From: Raphidiopsis brookii D9
GTDB lineage: Bacteria > Cyanobacteriota > Cyanobacteriia > Cyanobacteriales > Nostocaceae
DNA: 32,000 nucleotides
Direction of reading: 5' to 3'
NCBI GenBank assembly: GCA_000175855.1
Contig: ACYB01000031.1
Coordinates: 176,237 to 208,236 of the forward strand
Position 1 is the stretch's first letter. Every line of letters starts with the position of its first letter. Shown here one piece after another: positions 1 to 10,504 of this stretch. The position numbers were made by a program, and so were the translations under genes. The notes beneath the pieces were generated by a model. The model had not been told where the DNA came from, searched no databases, and saw only the letters and a program-made list of their open reading frames with translations.

Positions 1-1080
1 TTGAGTAACACCAATGGTTAGGGTATTAGCCATCAATGGTGATGGTGCATACCGAAATTCTGAAGCATATTGTACTTGAGTGGGAATTTCTGCCAACTGC
101 TCTATTAAGTATTTCCCAACCAATGCTGCATGCCAACTTGTTCCACAAGCGACTATTTGAATTTGTGCCAGATCCGTATACAATTCTTCTGGCAGTCCTA
201 AGTTTACTGGTGTATGGGAGTGATTGGGAAAATAGGACTCTAAGCAAGTTCTGACTACCCCCGGTTGCTCATATATTTCTTTGAGCATAAAATGCTTGAA
301 ACCCTGTTTTTCCACCATGATTGGATTCCAATCCAGGGTACGAGGATGTTTCTTTAATCTATTTCCAGCAAAATTATAAACCTCAACCCCCAAAGGAGTT
401 AACCGGGCAATTTCCCCATTCTCTAGGGTCAATACCGCACGAGTATAGGGAACTATTGCTGGGGTGTCGGAAGCACAGAAAAACTCCCCTTGTCCAAAAC
501 CTATAACTAAGGGCGCCTGTTGACGAATCACAATCAACTCATCGGGAAAATCCGCACAAATAGCCGCGATCGCAAAAGCTCCCTCTAATTTACCCACTGC
601 TGCTAACACTGCATCTAAAAATGCTGAATTGGATTTATGATTAGAGTTATTAGGAGATAAAACATGCTTTAAACACTCTGCAAACAGATGGGGAATTACC
701 TCCGTGTCCGTATCTGAACGAAATTTATGACCTAAGGTCTTTAAATATTCTCGCAGTTCACGGTAGTTTTCTATAATACCATTTTGTACTACGGCAATGC
801 GTAGAGCAGTATCTTGATGAGGGTGGGCATTATATTCTTCGGGTTTACCATGGGTTGCCCAGCGGGTATGACCTATACCTAATTGAGCTGGGTTTTCTAT
901 TTGTTCTAGCTTGGAGCGTAAATTTACTAATTTACCCTTGGCTCGCACGCAACTAATATTACCTTCCCCAACTGTGGCAATTCCAGCTGAATCATAGCCT
1001 CTATACTCTAATTTTTCCAGTCCAGATAGTAAAATTTCCGTTGCTGTTTGAGTACCTATATAACCTACGATTCCACACAT
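1..1080 (-). CDS. glmS: Glutamine--fructose-6-phosphate aminotransferase (isomerizing), N-terminal 360 codons; 3' part lies outside the window
   Basis: Reverse-strand translation from ATG at 1080 gives MCGIVGYIGTQTATEILLSGLEKLEYRGYDSAGIA...GIGHTRWATHGKP..., with an N-terminal nucleophile Cys typical of GlmS. It stays open to the window edge and ends ...ANTLTIGVTQ. It is absent from the ORF track because it has no stop inside the window. Confidence 0.95.
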   Translation of the reverse strand, partial: MCGIVGYIGTQTATEILLSGLEKLEYRGYDSAGIATVGEGNISCVRAKGKLVNLRSKLEQIENPAQLGIGHTRWATHGKPEEYNAHPHQDTALRIAVVQNGIIENYRELREYLKTLGHKFRSDTDTEVIPHLFAECLKHVLSPNNSNHKSNSAFLDAVLAAVGKLEGAFAIAAICADFPDELIVIRQQAPLVIGFGQGEFFCASDTPAIVPYTRAVLTLENGEIARLTPLGVEVYNFAGNRLKKHPRTLDWNPIMVEKQGFKHFMLKEIYEQPGVVRTCLESYFPNHSHTPVNLGLPEELYTDLAQIQIVACGTSWHAALVGKYLIEQLAEIPTQVQYASEFRYAPSPLMANTLTIGVTQ

Positions 1081-1160
1081 TTTTTATACTACTCCAGCTA
1101 TATTAATCCAATTGCGGTAATTATAACAAGCTTAATAATAACCATGATAAACTAATCTGT

Positions 1161-1994
1161 CTAAATTTGACACTGGGGACAAAAGTGACTAGAACGCCCA
1201 CTCAGTTTAGTCCTTTGGATCATGCTACCACAAACCTTACAGGGATCTCCCGCTCGGTTGTATACCCAAGCTTCACCACCATAATTCCCATTTACACCTT
1301 TGACATTCAAAAAGTTACTAAAAGTGGTGCCACCAGCAGCTATACTAGCTGATAGAACTTCAATTATGGCCATTCTTAAACTCCCTATCTGTTTTTCGTC
1401 TATGTTTGTGCAAATAGTAGTTGGTAAAATGCCACTTTTAAATAAGGCTTCATCAGCATAAATATTACCTAAACCTGCTACTATAGACTGATCCAATAGG
1501 GCGGTTTTAATGGGACGACGAACCTTTGCCAGTTTAGTAGCCAAGTATTCAGGTGTGAACTCTACAGCAAAGGGGTCAATTGCCAGTTTGCCTAAACCTG
1601 TTATGATTTCCTCCCTCACTACCCCACTTGGCACATGCCACATTTTCCCAAAAGTGCGTTGGTCTACAAACCGTAGTTCTTGCTCCTTGCCAAAAAACAA
1701 TCTTACCCTGGTGTGTTTATGTAATGGTTCCTCTTGATTTAACCATAACAATTGTCCAGTCATGCGCAAATGTACACCCAACCAAGCAGAAGAAGAAAGC
1801 TCGGCCAGCAGATACTTCCCGCAACGGATCCAGGATTTAATGGTGTTACCTTTAATATCTCCAATAAACTCCTCACCAGCAAAAGGATAAGCAACAGTAC
1901 TTGCAAGCAAAACATCCCCACCAGTAATCGGTTGATGGAGCGTTAACTGATTTAAACCCCTACGGACTGTTTCAACTTCGGGCAATTCAGGCAT
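1161..1994 (-). CDS. mutM: Formamidopyrimidine-DNA glycosylase (Fpg/MutM)
   Basis: 277 aa; N-terminal MPELPEVETVRRGL and C-terminal zinc finger CKVCG...HFCPQCQ. Confidence 0.97.
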   Translation of the reverse strand: MPELPEVETVRRGLNQLTLHQPITGGDVLLASTVAYPFAGEEFIGDIKGNTIKSWIRCGKYLLAELSSSAWLGVHLRMTGQLLWLNQEEPLHKHTRVRLFFGKEQELRFVDQRTFGKMWHVPSGVVREEIITGLGKLAIDPFAVEFTPEYLATKLAKVRRPIKTALLDQSIVAGLGNIYADEALFKSGILPTTICTNIDEKQIGSLRMAIIEVLSASIAAGGTTFSNFLNVKGVNGNYGGEAWVYNRAGDPCKVCGSMIQRTKLSGRSSHFCPQCQI

Positions 1995-2117
1995 AGTTGG
2001 GTAGTTGCTGTTTGATCTTATGTCGGGGTTTCACCCCTCTGGTTTTACCGAAGGTCTTCACCCCAACATTTTTAGATAAGGTTTGATGGGTAGTGCTTAT
2101 GCCTACAGCCAGTGGCT

Positions 2118-2318
2118 TTATTTACTGGGTGGTTGTACTTCCAATAATTCAGTCAGAGCGAAATTATTAGTATTCACACCACTGTAATTGACATTGGGAA
2201 AACGCACAATCACAGGATATTTAATGCCACTTTTATCTACAGAAGCAACAGTACCTACTTCTTGAAACCAGTAGGACTCAGGACGAAGCACACGTACTTT
2301 AGAACCGCGTTGAACCAT
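2118..2318 (-). CDS. psaE: Photosystem I reaction center subunit IV (PsaE)
   Basis: 66 aa; [61 protein letters not shown] is the typical PsaE SH3-like fold sequence. Confidence 0.96.
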   Translation of the reverse strand: MVQRGSKVRVLRPESYWFQEVGTVASVDKSGIKYPVIVRFPNVNYSGVNTNNFALTELLEVQPPSK

Positions 2319-2429
2319 GATATGTTACCTTTAAATGATCAATTGAAAGCAGGGCTATTTCTTTTCAGTCTAGAACTTTTTGTCCGATGGTCAAGAATCT
2401 GAATAAAATCTTAATGGCACTTAGCAATT

Positions 2430-3023
2430 CTATCTCCAAGTAATATAAGGTAACTGACTTGCTACTGCTTTTACCTGTGCCGCATTAGCTACTAACTGTC
2501 CACAAGCATCCCAGGTCCCCGACACAAAGGCGGTTTTTGTTCCCTGACCCATAGCCACAGGTAGGATTAAATCATGAATTTGTACTTGCAAATTTTCCAC
2601 ATCTATGGTAACCAATGCCTGAGGATCTGCAGTCACTAATTCTTGTAACTGTCTAACTATGCCAGGTTCAGCGGTGACGCAGGGTATACCCATAGCTACA
2701 CAGTTACCAAAAAAGATTTCAGCAAAGCTTTCACCAATAATCCCCCTAATACCCCATTTAGCCAATGCTTGGGGGGCGTGTTCCCTAGATGAACCACAGC
2801 CAAAATTACGGTTGACTATTAATACTTTTGCCCCCTGATATTGGGGAAGATCAAAGGGATGTTGACCATTTAAGGCTTTTCGGTCATCTATGAATGCTCC
2901 TTCCCCTAAACCGTCAAAGGTGATAGCTTTTAAGTAGCGGGCAGGTATAATCCTATCCGTGTCAATATCATCTCCCACTAAAGGTAAGGCGCGATCGCTG
3001 ATTTTGTTAATTTTATTTAGCAT
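2430..3023 (-). CDS. leuD: 3-isopropylmalate dehydratase small subunit
   Basis: 197 aa; [16 protein letters not shown] and [15 protein letters not shown] motifs; directly downstream of leuC. Confidence 0.95.
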   Translation of the reverse strand: MLNKINKISDRALPLVGDDIDTDRIIPARYLKAITFDGLGEGAFIDDRKALNGQHPFDLPQYQGAKVLIVNRNFGCGSSREHAPQALAKWGIRGIIGESFAEIFFGNCVAMGIPCVTAEPGIVRQLQELVTADPQALVTIDVENLQVQIHDLILPVAMGQGTKTAFVSGTWDACGQLVANAAQVKAVASQLPYITWR

Positions 3024-3060
3024 GTTTATGATCAGTAATTAACTTTAATTACATTTCTGT

Positions 3061-4479
3061 TCAGCTATTAGCTGATAAAAGTTCGCGCACATCCGCAACT
3101 TCACCCTTAATAGCAGCCGTTGCCACCATAGCGGGACTCATGAGCAGGGTGCGACCAGAAGCGGAACCCTGTCTACCCTTAAAGTTACGATTAGAGGAGG
3201 AGGCGCTAATTTGTCTTCCTTGTAATTTGTCGGGGTTCATAGCCAAACACATGGAACATCCCGGTTCGCGCCATTCAAAACCTGCTTGAATAAAAGATTT
3301 GATCCAACCCTTCAGCTTCAGCTTGTTTTTTTCACCCTTTCCGATCCAGGAACCACAAAGGCTTTCATACCCGGTGCAACTTGACGACCTTGGGCAATTT
3401 TTAGCTGCTTCCCTCAAATCGCTGATGCGTCCATTAGTGCAACTGCCAATAAAGCAAACATCTATTTTTGTCCCTTGAATGGGTTGACCAGGGTAGAGAT
3501 CCATATAGCGATAGGCTTCCTCCGCTACAAACCGGTCTTCTTCTGGTAGGTCTTGGGCGGCGGGTACTTTTTCATCTACCCCAATTCCCTGACCAGGAGT
3601 AATTCCCCAGGTGACTGTGGGTGGAATATCTTCCGCCCTAAATACTACCACATCATCATATTCCGCATCCTCATCACTCCGTAGAGATTGCCACCACTTT
3701 AAGGCTTCTTCCCAAGCTGCTTCTTTGGGGGCAAAGTCCTTATTTTTTAAATACTCATAAGTAATTTCATCGGGATTTACATATCCGCACCTGGCACCAC
3801 CCTCAATGGCCATATTACAAACGGTCATTCTTTCTTCCATGTTCATTTGTTCAAAGGTGGTTCCCGCATATTCATAAGCATAACCTACGCCACCTTTGAC
3901 TCCCAGGGTGCGAATTATATGTAATATCACATCCTTCGCATAAACCCCCGGGGGAAGATTCCCATTTACCTCAATTTTCCGCACCTTGAGTTTTGATAAT
4001 GCTAAAGTTTGAGAAGCCAAAACATCACGCACCTGACTTGTGCCAATTCCAAAAGCGATCGCCCCAAAGGCACCATGACTGGATGTATGACTATCTCCAC
4101 AGGCAATAGTCATACCCGGTTGTGTCAATCCTAATTCTGGTGCAATGACATGGACTATACCCTGATTTCCCGAACCGATATTATAAAAAGTGATGTCATT
4201 TTCTTGACAATTTTTTTCCAAAGCACGGATCATTTCTTCTGCCATATTGTCCGCAAAAGGACGTACTTGGTTATCTGTAGGGACAATATGATCTACCGTG
4301 GCCACAGTTCGGTGTGGGAACAATACCTTGAGACCCCTTTCCTTGAGCATAGCAAAGGCTTGGGGACTGGTAACCTCATGGATAAGATGGAGTCCGATAA
4401 ACAGTTGGGTGAGTCCTGATGGAAGTGTGCCCACGGTGTGAATTTCCCAAACTTTGTCAAATAGAGTTCCCTTGCTCAT
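3061..4479 (-). CDS. leuC: 3-isopropylmalate dehydratase large subunit; internal segment appears frame-scrambled between about 3292 and 3402
   Basis: 472 aa; [54 protein letters not shown] and [15 protein letters not shown] cluster-ligand regions present. The segment [35 protein letters not shown] is not LeuC-like, whereas an alternative frame is. Confidence 0.93.
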   Translation of the reverse strand: MSKGTLFDKVWEIHTVGTLPSGLTQLFIGLHLIHEVTSPQAFAMLKERGLKVLFPHRTVATVDHIVPTDNQVRPFADNMAEEMIRALEKNCQENDITFYNIGSGNQGIVHVIAPELGLTQPGMTIACGDSHTSSHGAFGAIAFGIGTSQVRDVLASQTLALSKLKVRKIEVNGNLPPGVYAKDVILHIIRTLGVKGGVGYAYEYAGTTFEQMNMEERMTVCNMAIEGGARCGYVNPDEITYEYLKNKDFAPKEAAWEEALKWWQSLRSDEDAEYDDVVVFRAEDIPPTVTWGITPGQGIGVDEKVPAAQDLPEEDRFVAEEAYRYMDLYPGQPIQGTKIDVCFIGSCTNGRISDLREAAKNCPRSSSCTGYESLCGSWIGKGEKNKLKLKGWIKSFIQAGFEWREPGCSMCLAMNPDKLQGRQISASSSNRNFKGRQGSASGRTLLMSPAMVATAAIKGEVADVRELLSANS

Positions 4480-4554
4480 ACGCTCAATGCTATGTTTACT
4501 ACTTAAAAGGAGTTCAATCTACTATCATATCAGATATATCAGAAAACTGGAACT

Positions 4555-5463
4555 TTAAAAACTGTTCGCAGCAGCACGCAAATTACCTTTATGTGCTGCT
4601 AGTAGCTGTTGAGCCTCCTGCTTATCCAAATTTTTCCAGTGCATCAGCAAAGCTAGTTTCACCCACTTACCACTTCTTTCTAGTAAAGTCTCAGCTGCTT
4701 CCTTATTTAGGTCAGTCAAATCTCGTAATATCCTTAAAGCGCGGTCATGTAGTTTTTGATTAGTAACAGCAACATCCACCATGCGATTACCATAAACCTT
4801 GCCCAATTTCACCATCACACCGGTTGAAAGTATATTCAAAGCCAACTTTGTAGCCGTACCAGCCTTCAAGCGGGTGGAACCAGCCAAAATTTCCGGTCCA
4901 GTTAGTAGGCGAATATCCACATCCGCCTCAACAGCAACCTGTTGTGCGGGAACACAGGCAATAAAAATAGTTAAGGCACCTCGCTGACGTGCCCCATGCA
5001 AGGCTCCATGAACATAGGGGGTAGTTCCTCCAGCAGTGATACCCACCACCACATCGAGGGAATTCACCTGGTGTTGGATGATAGCATTTTCCCCATCCTC
5101 TGCCAAATCTTCCAAACCCTCAGAACTGCGTAACAAAGCACCCGCACCACCAGCAATAATCCCCTGTACCAAATCTGGAGGTGTGCAGAAAGTGGGTGGA
5201 CATTCGGCCGCATCTAATACCCCTAATCTCCCACTTGTGCCCGCACCAATGTAAAATAACCTTCCCCCTTGATGTAGCTTGGCAGCTATTTGTTCGATAG
5301 CTGCTGCCAACTCCATTTTAGCACCAGCTATAGCAGATAAAGCTTTTTGATCTTCACTGTTGAATAACTCTACCAGTTCCAGAGCATTAAGTTGGTCTAG
5401 ATTTAAACTATGAGGATTTATCTGTTCTGTTAAAAGATGTCCGCGTTCTTGTAAGTTAGTCAT
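4555..5463 (-). CDS. murQ: N-acetylmuramic acid 6-phosphate etherase
   Basis: 302 aa; GGRLFYIGAGTSGRLGVLDAAECPPTF and GITAGGTTPYVHGAL, plus GPEILAGSTRLKAGTATKLALN, which are MurQ signatures. Confidence 0.95.
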   Translation of the reverse strand: MTNLQERGHLLTEQINPHSLNLDQLNALELVELFNSEDQKALSAIAGAKMELAAAIEQIAAKLHQGGRLFYIGAGTSGRLGVLDAAECPPTFCTPPDLVQGIIAGGAGALLRSSEGLEDLAEDGENAIIQHQVNSLDVVVGITAGGTTPYVHGALHGARQRGALTIFIACVPAQQVAVEADVDIRLLTGPEILAGSTRLKAGTATKLALNILSTGVMVKLGKVYGNRMVDVAVTNQKLHDRALRILRDLTDLNKEAAETLLERSGKWVKLALLMHWKNLDKQEAQQLLAAHKGNLRAAANSF

Positions 5464-5563
5464 TTTCTATTTACTACCCAATTACCTACTATTATATATA
5501 TCTGGGTATATCTGGGAATTGGTAATTTTCAAAACCTGCTAGAAATAGAAAAATTGGCGAATT

Positions 5564-5577
5564 GTGATTGAACATAC
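5564..5577 (+). promoter_or_regulatory. Candidate NtcA-binding site (GTG-N8-TAC) upstream of amt
   Basis: Sequence GTGATTGAACATAC, one mismatch from the NtcA consensus GTA-N8-TAC, 126 bp upstream of the amt start. The expected -10 at about 22-23 nt spacing is not clear. Confidence 0.4.
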
Positions 5578-5703
5578 AGAACTGAACCATAGATAACAGT
5601 TTGATAATTTACAGTGGATTAAAAAAATGCTAGGGATTCCCCTAGTTACAGCTTTATCCTTCAAAAAACATTAGAAAAACATTAGCTAAATTACTCACTT
5701 ACA

Positions 5704-7236
5704 GTGATGAGCATGACAAGAATAAGATCAAAACGCCTCCGGCGTAAGCGGGGTTCTGCCCTTCGACTGAGTTTTCCATGGCTATCAGCAGGAAAGCTGG
5801 CTCCTATTGGGCGTGCTTGTATAACTGTGGCTATGCTGATTATAGTTGGATGGGGCTATGCAGCTGTTGCAGCTGACCCACCTAAGCTAGAAGATCTTGC
5901 TAAACAGTCCGCTGATCTCAAAGTTGGCATTGACACCATGTGGGTGATGTTTGCCGGGATGCTAGTATTTTTTATGAATGCTGGTTTTGGTATGTTAGAA
6001 ACGGGGTTATGTCGTCAAAAAAACGCCGTTAATGTACTGGCAAAAAACCTAATTGTATTTGCCCTTTCTACCGTAGCTTTCTGGGCCATTGGATTTGGCC
6101 TGATGTTCAGTGATGGCAACCCCTTCATCGGTCTTGGTGGTTTATTTTTACAGGGAGCTGATAATAGTCCAGCTATGGGGGATGCATATAAGGGAATTTT
6201 CAGTTCCCTCAACTGGACTGGTGTTCCTTTAGGGGCCAAGTTCTTTTTCCAACTAGTGTTTGCAGGTACAGCGGCCACAATCGTATCGGGAGCAGTAGCA
6301 GAAAGAGTCAAATTTCTCAGTTTTCTCGTCTTTAGTTTACTCCTGGTTGGCTTGGCCTACCCCATTACAGGTCATTGGATCTGGGGCGGAGGATGGCTAT
6401 ACAAGCTGGGTTTCTGGGACTTTGCTGGCTGTACTGTGGTCCACTCAGTTGGGGGTTGGTCTGCTCTGGTAGGAGCTTTCTTGTTAGGGCCCAGAATTGG
6501 TCGTTACAATCCGGATGGTTCTGCTAATGCCATGCCCGGTCATAATATGAGTATTGCTACCCTTGGTTGTTTGATACTCTGGCTAGGCTGGTTTGGTTTC
6601 AACCCTGGTTCTACTATGAGTGTATCAGATGGAACCGCTATTGCCCACATCGCCCTAACTACCAATACAGCTGGTGCCTTTGGCGGTATAGCAGCAACTA
6701 TTGCAGCTTGGGCATTTTTAGGTAAGCCTGACTTATCTATGATCATTAATGGCATTCTGGCCGGACTGGTGGGAGTCACTGCTTCTTGCGCCTATATTAG
6801 TGTTCCCTCATCAGCTATTGTGGGTGCTATTGCTGGTGTTCTTGTAGTGAAGGCAGTGCCATTCTTTGACAAGCTAAAAATTGATGATCCAGTAGGAGCA
6901 GTTTCCGTACACCTGTGTTGTGGTGTGTGGGGTACCTTAGCAGTGGGATTATTTTCCCAGGGAAATGTTTACTATCAGGGTGGTCCCACAGGGCTATTCT
7001 TTGGTGGTGGTATTGGACAACTGTGGACCCAATTTGTGGGTGTGTTGACCGTGGGTTTGTTTACACTTCTGATATCTGGCATTTTCTTCCTCGCACTCAA
7101 ATATACTATGGGTATTCGAGTCGAAGAATCAGAGGAACTGGAGGGTCTGGATGTGGGCGAACATGGTATGGAAGCCTACCCCGGATTTGTCAAGGAAGCA
7201 TCCTCCCCTGATTTGCTTGGTTTTGGCAATCGCTAG
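5704..7236 (+). CDS. amt: Ammonium transporter (Amt family)
   Basis: 510 aa; multi-TM sequence with [42 protein letters not shown] and [18 protein letters not shown]. Confidence 0.95.
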   Translation: MMSMTRIRSKRLRRKRGSALRLSFPWLSAGKLAPIGRACITVAMLIIVGWGYAAVAADPPKLEDLAKQSADLKVGIDTMWVMFAGMLVFFMNAGFGMLETGLCRQKNAVNVLAKNLIVFALSTVAFWAIGFGLMFSDGNPFIGLGGLFLQGADNSPAMGDAYKGIFSSLNWTGVPLGAKFFFQLVFAGTAATIVSGAVAERVKFLSFLVFSLLLVGLAYPITGHWIWGGGWLYKLGFWDFAGCTVVHSVGGWSALVGAFLLGPRIGRYNPDGSANAMPGHNMSIATLGCLILWLGWFGFNPGSTMSVSDGTAIAHIALTTNTAGAFGGIAATIAAWAFLGKPDLSMIINGILAGLVGVTASCAYISVPSSAIVGAIAGVLVVKAVPFFDKLKIDDPVGAVSVHLCCGVWGTLAVGLFSQGNVYYQGGPTGLFFGGGIGQLWTQFVGVLTVGLFTLLISGIFFLALKYTMGIRVEESEELEGLDVGEHGMEAYPGFVKEASSPDLLGFGNR

Positions 7237-7978
7237 TCAAGGACCTGGGGGTGGTTGGGAATGGGATTTCACAAGCAGCAGCAATCAAAGATAAAGCAAC
7301 TATGGGGGCAGTTGCTGCACGCAAAATGCGATCGCCTAGTGATACTGGCTGAAATTTAGCTAGGATGGCAGTGGCAATTTCTGTTTCTGTCCATCCACCC
7401 TCTGGACCTATGGCAATTACGACTTCTTTAATATCTTTAAGCGGAATATTAATTATATTGATTAAATGGGGATAGCTACCCCTTGCCTCGCATATATAAC
7501 ATTTAAAATTACTATATTCACTTAGAGCAGTACTAAAAGCCACAGGTTCTAATATAGTGGGAACAAAAGCCCGTTCTGACTGCTCTGCAGCTTCTTTGGC
7601 TATGCGTCGCCACCGTTCCAGTTTTTGGGGACTGGGATTTAGTAAAGTGCGATCGCTCAAAACAGGTAAAATAGAGGACACTCCCAGTTCTGTGGAGTAG
7701 CGAACCACGTCATCAAAAGCATTGCCCTTGGGTAAGGCCAGTATGAGGGTTATGGATAAGGGTAACTCTGTTTTTGGTGTGAGGGTTTGTAAAATCTGTG
7801 CCGTGTCTGCTGTTAATTTGGTCAACCACCATTTACCCATACCATCCATAGAAATAAATTGATCCCCATCTTGTAGTCTTAATACTCGTAACAAGTAGTG
7901 TTTTTGTTTAGGGGTTAAGAGAACTTGATTTTGTTGTAATTGGGATATTTGAATAGTGAGACGTTGCAGTTGGGCCAT
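7190..7978 (-). CDS. rsmE: 16S rRNA (uracil(1498)-N(3))-methyltransferase
   Basis: 262 aa; [52 protein letters not shown] and [18 protein letters not shown] (SPOUT knot). Confidence 0.9.
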   Translation of the reverse strand: MAQLQRLTIQISQLQQNQVLLTPKQKHYLLRVLRLQDGDQFISMDGMGKWWLTKLTADTAQILQTLTPKTELPLSITLILALPKGNAFDDVVRYSTELGVSSILPVLSDRTLLNPSPQKLERWRRIAKEAAEQSERAFVPTILEPVAFSTALSEYSNFKCYICEARGSYPHLINIINIPLKDIKEVVIAIGPEGGWTETEIATAILAKFQPVSLGDRILRAATAPIVALSLIAAACEIPFPTTPRSLTSDCQNQANQGRMLP

Positions 7979-7987
7979 AGTTTACAG

Positions 7988-8335
7988 TTAAAAATTTACT
8001 ACACTTTCAATTAGTTGCCATTTGCGGTTATGTTCAAATTCTTGACGAATCTGGTCAAAGACTTGCCGGCAATGGTTATCCAACTTCAATGGCAGTTCTT
8101 CACTCTTCACCACAAGATTTATCCATGTTTCATTTTCCGCTTTGGATTTGTCAACTAACACTTCTATAGCTACTAATTTAGAAAATGACACCTTACCAGG
8201 GATCTCAGTGGCGATGATATAGTCATGGGAGTAAAATTGAACCGAGAATCCGCAATCCTGCAATAGTTGGATTATTAGCGAGTGTAAATATTCAGCTTTG
8301 ACACCTATGAGAAAGGAAGAGGTATAACGAGCCAT
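7988..8335 (-). CDS. Conserved-looking hypothetical protein, 115 aa
   Basis: ORF tightly spaced with rsmE (9 bp) on the same strand; no motif recognised. Confidence 0.7.
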   Translation of the reverse strand: MARYTSSFLIGVKAEYLHSLIIQLLQDCGFSVQFYSHDYIIATEIPGKVSFSKLVAIEVLVDKSKAENETWINLVVKSEELPLKLDNHCRQVFDQIRQEFEHNRKWQLIESVVNF

Positions 8336-8394
8336 ATTGGGTTCAAGTTTTTTGTAAAATGTAAAATTAGACTCACAAGGTTATTCATGGAGTT

Positions 8395-8430
8395 AAAAAA
8401 AGGGGGAACCCAAGCTTTAAAGGATTCCCC
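8395..8430 (-). terminator. Rho-independent terminator of the aldehyde dehydrogenase/TPP enzyme/Rieske gene set
   Basis: Minus strand GGGGAATCC-TTTAAAGCTT-GGGTTCCCC (9-bp stem with one G-U), then C and TTTTTTT, immediately after the Rieske gene stop. Confidence 0.85.
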
Positions 8431-8438
8431 ATTGCCCA

Positions 8439-8792
8439 CTATTCTGGTATGTCAATCAAAACATGATCATTTTCCACACGCAGGGGAAACACGGGTAAAT
8501 TTTTCTGTTGAGAGACCATTCCCATTAACTTACCAACTGCGGGAGGCCAAGGACACCAGGTTTTGACTTCTCCAGTAGCTAGGTCAAAAGCACTACGGTG
8601 AAATGAGCAAACAATTGTACTATTTTCAATTTTTGCGGATTTCATTGGTACTTTAAGGTGGGGACAGCTATTTTCTACAGCATAATACTGGTTATCATGG
8701 TTTAACACCAGTATATTTCTTTTTCCTACCTTTACCACTTCTCGACCTCCCGGTAGCAGGTCACTTGTTGCCAGAATTTTTTGCCACGCCAT
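8439..8792 (-). CDS. Rieske [2Fe-2S] domain protein
   Basis: 117 aa; CPHLKVPM...CSFHRSAFDLATGE matches the C-x-H...C-x2-H cluster-binding pattern. Confidence 0.88.
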   Translation of the reverse strand: MAWQKILATSDLLPGGREVVKVGKRNILVLNHDNQYYAVENSCPHLKVPMKSAKIENSTIVCSFHRSAFDLATGEVKTWCPWPPAVGKLMGMVSQQKNLPVFPLRVENDHVLIDIPE

Positions 8793-8824
8793 TGTTTTGT
8801 CCCCTATTTGTGTTAAGATTGAGG

Positions 8825-10468
8825 TTAAAGATCACAGTGTAAATTATTAGCCTTTTGGGTGAACCTACGATTTTCTCTATAGTCTACCCTACAATCTATC
8901 ACACTGGGAACATCTTGTACTAAGGCCTCTTTCAGGACGGGAATTAAATCAGTAGCTGAATCAACACGGTAACCCTTTAATCCCATGCTTTCTGCTAGTT
9001 TGACAAAGTCGGGATTGCCAAAATGCACAAAAGCTGCTTTACCCTTACCAAATTGATTTTCCTGTTTCCATTCGATTAGTCCATAGCCACCATCATTAAA
9101 AATTAGCGTGACAAATGGTGTGCTAACTCGCAGTGCTGTTTCCAATTCTTGACAATTCATCATAAAACCACCATCGCCGGTTACAGCTACAATTTTGCGA
9201 TCAGGATACACCAGCTTAGCTGCTAAAGCGCCTGGGATAGCAATTCCCATGGACGCAAAACCATTGGATATAATACAAGTGTTGGGACTATGACAATGGT
9301 AATGTCTAGCCATCCACATTTTATGAGCTCCTACATCAGAAATAACAATGTCCTCTGGTCCCATGACCTGACGTAGATCATAAATTAATTTTTGTGGTTT
9401 AATAGGGAAGCCATCATCCTGAGCATACTGTTCATAATCAGCTCGAATATTGCCCCTTAAACTAATAGCGTAGGGTTCTGGTTTACCATGTCTGTCAGCA
9501 ATTTTTAAAATCTCATTTAGGGAATCAGAAATATCACCTATTACTTCTATTTGGGGAATATAACTACTATCAATTTCCGCTGCATCAGCTGCAATATGAA
9601 CGATGGGAATATTACATTCCATATTCCATTTTTTGGGAGAGAATTCAATTAAATCATAACCAATGGCTATGACTAAGTCCGCATGATCAAAACCGCAGGT
9701 AATAAAGTCTCTTTGTTGGAGTCCTACAGACCATAGGGCTAAGGGATGGGTGTAGGGGATAACACCTTTACCCATAAAAGTATTAACCACGGGAATATTC
9801 ATTTGGGTGGCAAATTGGGTGACAGCATCACTAGCTTGGGCACGAATCGCCCCATTCCCTACTAAAATTATGGGGTTAATTGCCTGGGAAATCACCGCTG
9901 CTGCTGCGCGAATGCTGGCAAAAGCTGCGTAGGTTTTCTCTAAATTGTCCTTTTGTAGGGGTTTACCTTCTGCTGGCATGGCCGCAATATTTTCCGGTAA
10001 ATCGATGTGAACTGCTCCGGGTTTTTCTGTTTGCGATCGCTTGAAGGCTTTTCTGACTATTTCTGGTGTGATGCTGGGTCTAACTATCTGTTTATTCCAC
10101 TTAGTAACTGGAGCAAACATAGCCACTAAATCTAAATATTGGTGAGACTCAATGTGCATTCTATCTGTTCCCACCTGTCCAGTAATTGCCACTAGTGGTG
10201 CGCCATCCAGGTTAGCATCGGCCACACCGGTCATGAGATTGGTAGCTCCAGGTCCTAGGGTAGAAAGACAGACCCCTGCTTTACCGGTTAATCTTCCATA
10301 AACGTCTGCCATGAATGCTGCGCCTTGTTCATGGCGGGTGGTAATAAATCGAATGGAAGAGTTTTTGATAGCTTCTAAAACGTGAAGATTTTCTTCACCA
10401 GGTAAGCCAAAAACATACTCTACACCTTCATTTTCTAAACACTTTACTAGTAGTTCTGCTGTATTCAT
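8825..10468 (-). CDS. Thiamine-diphosphate-dependent decarboxylase annotated acetolactate synthase-like; probable 2-oxoglutarate decarboxylase of the cyanobacterial TCA bypass
   Basis: MNTAELLVKCLENEGVEYVFGLPGEENLHVLEAI...RHEQGAAFMADVYGRLTGKAGVCLSTLGPGATNLMTGVADAN..., TPP motif GDGGFMMNCQELETAL. The ORF track start at 10501 is probably too far upstream; ATG at 10468 fits better. It is adjacent to an SSADH-like gene. Confidence 0.88.
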   Translation of the reverse strand: MNTAELLVKCLENEGVEYVFGLPGEENLHVLEAIKNSSIRFITTRHEQGAAFMADVYGRLTGKAGVCLSTLGPGATNLMTGVADANLDGAPLVAITGQVGTDRMHIESHQYLDLVAMFAPVTKWNKQIVRPSITPEIVRKAFKRSQTEKPGAVHIDLPENIAAMPAEGKPLQKDNLEKTYAAFASIRAAAAVISQAINPIILVGNGAIRAQASDAVTQFATQMNIPVVNTFMGKGVIPYTHPLALWSVGLQQRDFITCGFDHADLVIAIGYDLIEFSPKKWNMECNIPIVHIAADAAEIDSSYIPQIEVIGDISDSLNEILKIADRHGKPEPYAISLRGNIRADYEQYAQDDGFPIKPQKLIYDLRQVMGPEDIVISDVGAHKMWMARHYHCHSPNTCIISNGFASMGIAIPGALAAKLVYPDRKIVAVTGDGGFMMNCQELETALRVSTPFVTLIFNDGGYGLIEWKQENQFGKGKAAFVHFGNPDFVKLAESMGLKGYRVDSATDLIPVLKEALVQDVPSVIDCRVDYRENRRFTQKANNLHCDL

Positions 10469-10504
10469 TGATTTTCCTTGAATTATATTACTACCAACCA
10501 TTAA

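Noticed and set aside
2031-2085. GGGGTTTCACCCC hairpin between psaE and mutM as a terminator or regulatory element
   Set aside because: Only a 5-bp stem with a 3-nt loop and no T-tract; not distinguishable from chance.
4150-4763. ORFs antisense to leuC and murQ (89 and 114 aa, plus strand)
   Set aside because: They lie opposite strongly supported genes. Low-complexity translation, consistent with chance antisense ORFs.
7190-7236. 47-bp convergent overlap of amt and rsmE as a regulatory antisense arrangement
   Set aside because: Probably just tight gene packing; the rsmE tail ([14 protein letters not shown]) looks like a read-through extension of a normal C-terminus.
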